Assembly: GCA_963745835.1 (NCBI GenBank)
Contig: CAVUZH010000013.1
Location: 640,001 to 704,000 of the forward strand
Source: an uncultured delta proteobacterium
Lineage (GTDB): Bacteria > Desulfobacterota > Binatia > UBA9968
Direction: 5' to 3'
DNA: 64,000 nucleotides
Below, in pieces: positions 61,686-64,000 of the stretch. The notes below the pieces were generated by a model. The model was given only the letters and a program-made list of their open reading frames with translations. It had not been told where the DNA came from and made no database searches. Both the position numbers and the translations under genes were made by a program. Within the stretch, counting starts at the first letter, position 1; each line of letters opens with the position of its first letter.

Positions 61686-62798
61686 TCAGTAGTCATCGCT
61701 GATCTCCTCGGTCCACTCGATCAGGCGTTGTTTCAGATCTTCCTTGGAAGGCAGGTAGAGCTGATATTGAGAAGCGAAGATGTTGGCGTTTTTCGGCAAG
61801 GTCAGTTCGATGATGGCCGTTTTCTTCCGCTTGCACAGGAGGATGCCGACGGTGGGATTTTCGTCTGGCGTTTTGACGAAGCGGTCGAAGTAGTTCACAT
61901 ACATCTGCATCTGGCCGAGGTCCTGATGCGTGAGCTTGTCGAGTTTCAGGTCGAGGAGCACGTAGCAGCGCAGCAGCCGGTTATAAAATACGAGGTCGAC
62001 GAAATAGTGATCCTCGTCAAACGTAAAGCGTTTTTGGCGCGCTTCGAAGAGAAATCCTTTGCCGAGTTCCAAAAGAAAATGCTGGAGCTTGCCGATGATG
62101 GCGGATTCGAGGTCGCTCTCAGAATAAGCGGGCTTCTCCTCCAAGCCGAGGAACTCGAGGATATAAGGGTCTTTGAGCATGTCGGAAGGTTGGGTGACGG
62201 TGTGCCCCTTCTCTGCAAGCAGGCGGACCTGTTTCTTGTTACGGCTGAGGGCGAGGCGCTCGTACAGACCGGAATTTAATTGCCGCTTGAGTTCCGGAAC
62301 GGACCAACCGGACTGCGTGGCCTCGATTTCGTAGAAGGAGCGTTCTTCGGAATTTTTGATCGTGAGGAGCAAGACGTAGTGGGACCAACTGAGAGTGAAG
62401 GGTGCGGGAGATTTTCCAGATGGTGTCTGGCCAATCACAGCGGACGGCAATTTCCCAGAAGGCTTCTGGGAAATCTGAACGGCGCGATCCTGCCATAGGA
62501 GGTAAAATTTCCGCATGTATTCAAGGTTAGCGCGGGAGAAGCCACGTCCAAACTCGGCGGTCAGGCTAGCGGACAGGTGGACCAAGGTTTCCTTGCCATA
62601 GACAGCGCGGTATCGACCCTGCTGCTCGTGCTCGACGATGAGGCGGCCGATTCCGAAGTTTGTGAGAACTTGCAGGGCATTGACGCTAGTGGCAGCCGCC
62701 TGACGGGCAGACTGCACCAGAATGCGAACCTGTTCGATGAGCGGGCCGATGCTGCGGCTAATCGAAATGGGGTTCTTTGTGGCGGCCTTCTGCTTCAT
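61686..62798 (-). CDS. DUF1016/YhcG PD-(D/E)XK nuclease-domain protein
   Basis: LSWSHY, KDPYILEFL, LLELGKGF, DLGQMQMY. Confidence 0.93.
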   Translation of the reverse strand: MKQKAATKNPISISRSIGPLIEQVRILVQSARQAAATSVNALQVLTNFGIGRLIVEHEQQGRYRAVYGKETLVHLSASLTAEFGRGFSRANLEYMRKFYLLWQDRAVQISQKPSGKLPSAVIGQTPSGKSPAPFTLSWSHYVLLLTIKNSEERSFYEIEATQSGWSVPELKRQLNSGLYERLALSRNKKQVRLLAEKGHTVTQPSDMLKDPYILEFLGLEEKPAYSESDLESAIIGKLQHFLLELGKGFLFEARQKRFTFDEDHYFVDLVFYNRLLRCYVLLDLKLDKLTHQDLGQMQMYVNYFDRFVKTPDENPTVGILLCKRKKTAIIELTLPKNANIFASQYQLYLPSKEDLKQRLIEWTEEISDDY

Positions 62799-64000
62799 CG
62801 CAGCAGCGCTTCTTCCAGAATCGCCTTGAGCTGGTCGCGTAACGCTGCGGTTTGTTTTTCGGACTCGTCGAGCTTGGCGAGGAGTTCTTCCGGGTCGCCG
62901 TGGTCGTCGGCGACAACGTGCGGGTTTTTGAAATCGAGATTGTAGTTGCGCGCTTTGACTTCATCGATGGTGACTTTCCACGCAATTTCGCTTTCTTCGC
63001 GCTTGTCCCACCAGTCGATGCAAGGCTTGAGGTATTCGAAGCGGATCGGCTTGGTCATCGAGTAGGCTTTTTGCCCGGCGACGACCCGGTGCTCGTAATA
63101 CCAGATTTCCTTTGTCGGCTCGCCTTTGACGAAGAACGAGCAGATTCGTGCCGATCGAGGCATAGGGTTTGAAGACGCTGTTGGGCAGACGGACAATGGT
63201 GTGGAGATTACACTCCTCCAGCAAGTGTTCCTTGAGCCGCGTCTTGACGCCTTCGCCGAAGAGCGTGCCGTCGGGAAGAACCACCGCGGCGCGGCCGCCG
63301 GTTTTGAGCAGGCGCACGATGAGCGCGAGAAAAAGATCGGCGGTCTCGCGCGTCTGGAAATGTTTGGGGAAGTTGGTCTCGATGCCGTCTTCTTCGCGCC
63401 CGCCGAAGGGCGGATTGGTCAGGACGATGTCGACCCGGTCGGACTGCGTATAGCTGATGTACGGCCGCGCCAGCGTGTTGTCGTGACGGACGAATGACGG
63501 ATCGTCGATGTTGTGCAGCAGCATGTTGGTGACGCAGAGCATGTGCGGCAGCTGCTTTTTCTCAGTGGCGCGCAGCGCCTGCTGCATCTTCTGCTCATCG
63601 GCCGGGGTCTTCACGTAGCGTTCGCGCATGTGGCGGATCGCGCAGGTTAAAAACCCGCCGGTGCCGCAGGCCGGATCGAACAAGATTTCGCCGGGGTGAG
63701 GATCGAGACGATCGGCCATGAACGCCGTGACTGCCCGCGGCGTGTAGTATTCGCCCGCGTTGCCGGCGCTCTGCAGGTCGTTCAGGATCTGCTCGTAAAT
63801 ATCGCCGAAGTGCTGGCGCTCGGTAAGGTCGTTGAAATCGACGGCGTTGATCTTGTTGATCACCTGGCGCATGAGCTGGCCGGACTTCATGTAGTTGTAG
63901 GCGTCTTCGAACACTTCGCGCACGACGCGGCGCCGGCCTTGTTTGCTGGTCGCGGGCAAGGCCTTCAGTGCCGGGAACATTTCGCCGTTGATGAATGCGA
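62795..64000 (-). CDS. hsdM: Type I R-M N6-adenine methyltransferase (5' end outside window; frameshift near 63140)
   Basis: GEYYTPR, DPACGTGGFL, NPPF. Confidence 0.95.

Noticed and set aside
3990-63150. Programmed frameshifting or true pseudogenes in the SBP, PrpD, DUF6119-like and hsdM genes
   Set aside because: These are isolated 1-nt indels without consistent slippery sites, so sequencing error is more parsimonious. The same caveat applies to some transposase lesions.
833-63497. Long opposite-strand ORFs (e.g. 833-1459, 4354-5220, 16916-17845, 42050-42901, 61632-62279)
   Set aside because: Antisense shadows of well-supported genes in GC-rich DNA.
1-64000. tRNA, rRNA or riboswitch
   Set aside because: None recognised by eye; a tRNAscan/Infernal search is needed to exclude them.

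Overview
A GC-rich bacterial window. The gene content (three Rieske oxygenases, about 10 orphan substrate-binding proteins, amidohydrolases, VOC proteins, TctC) resembles Candidatus Binatia-like soil bacteria; this taxonomy is inference. Scattered 1-nt frameshifts suggest an error-prone long-read consensus. From 1 to 26.5 kb it holds catabolic and uptake genes, a duplicated secreted methyltransferase-like/lipoprotein hydrolase module, a BrnT/BrnA-like TA pair and several palindromic repeat families. From 27 to 56 kb it is a mosaic accessory region. The main candidate new system is an apparent gene-capture array built on HUH/Y1 tyrosine transposase elements with GGGG(A/T)CAG terminal inverted repeats. 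(i) Five co-oriented copies of one ~733-bp element separate 2-4 kb cargo modules. (ii) Six co-oriented copies of the rlpA 3' end/downstream DNA share a right end (consensus ...GTAACAAAAGATCTGACCCC) but have nested left truncations. (iii) Most TGACCCC/TGTCCCC ends are followed within ~20-170 bp by the stop codon of a minus-strand cargo gene. (iv) Several junctions carry truncated gene fragments (hsdS tail, S1/P1 nuclease head). One cargo is an active GAPDH translationally coupled to a paralog lacking the catalytic Cys. From 56 to 64 kb it is a defence island: hsdM, DUF1016, hsdS, DUF6119-like gene, a hypothetical and Shedu. No tRNA, rRNA or CRISPR array was recognised. All family calls are by motif recognition, not database search.
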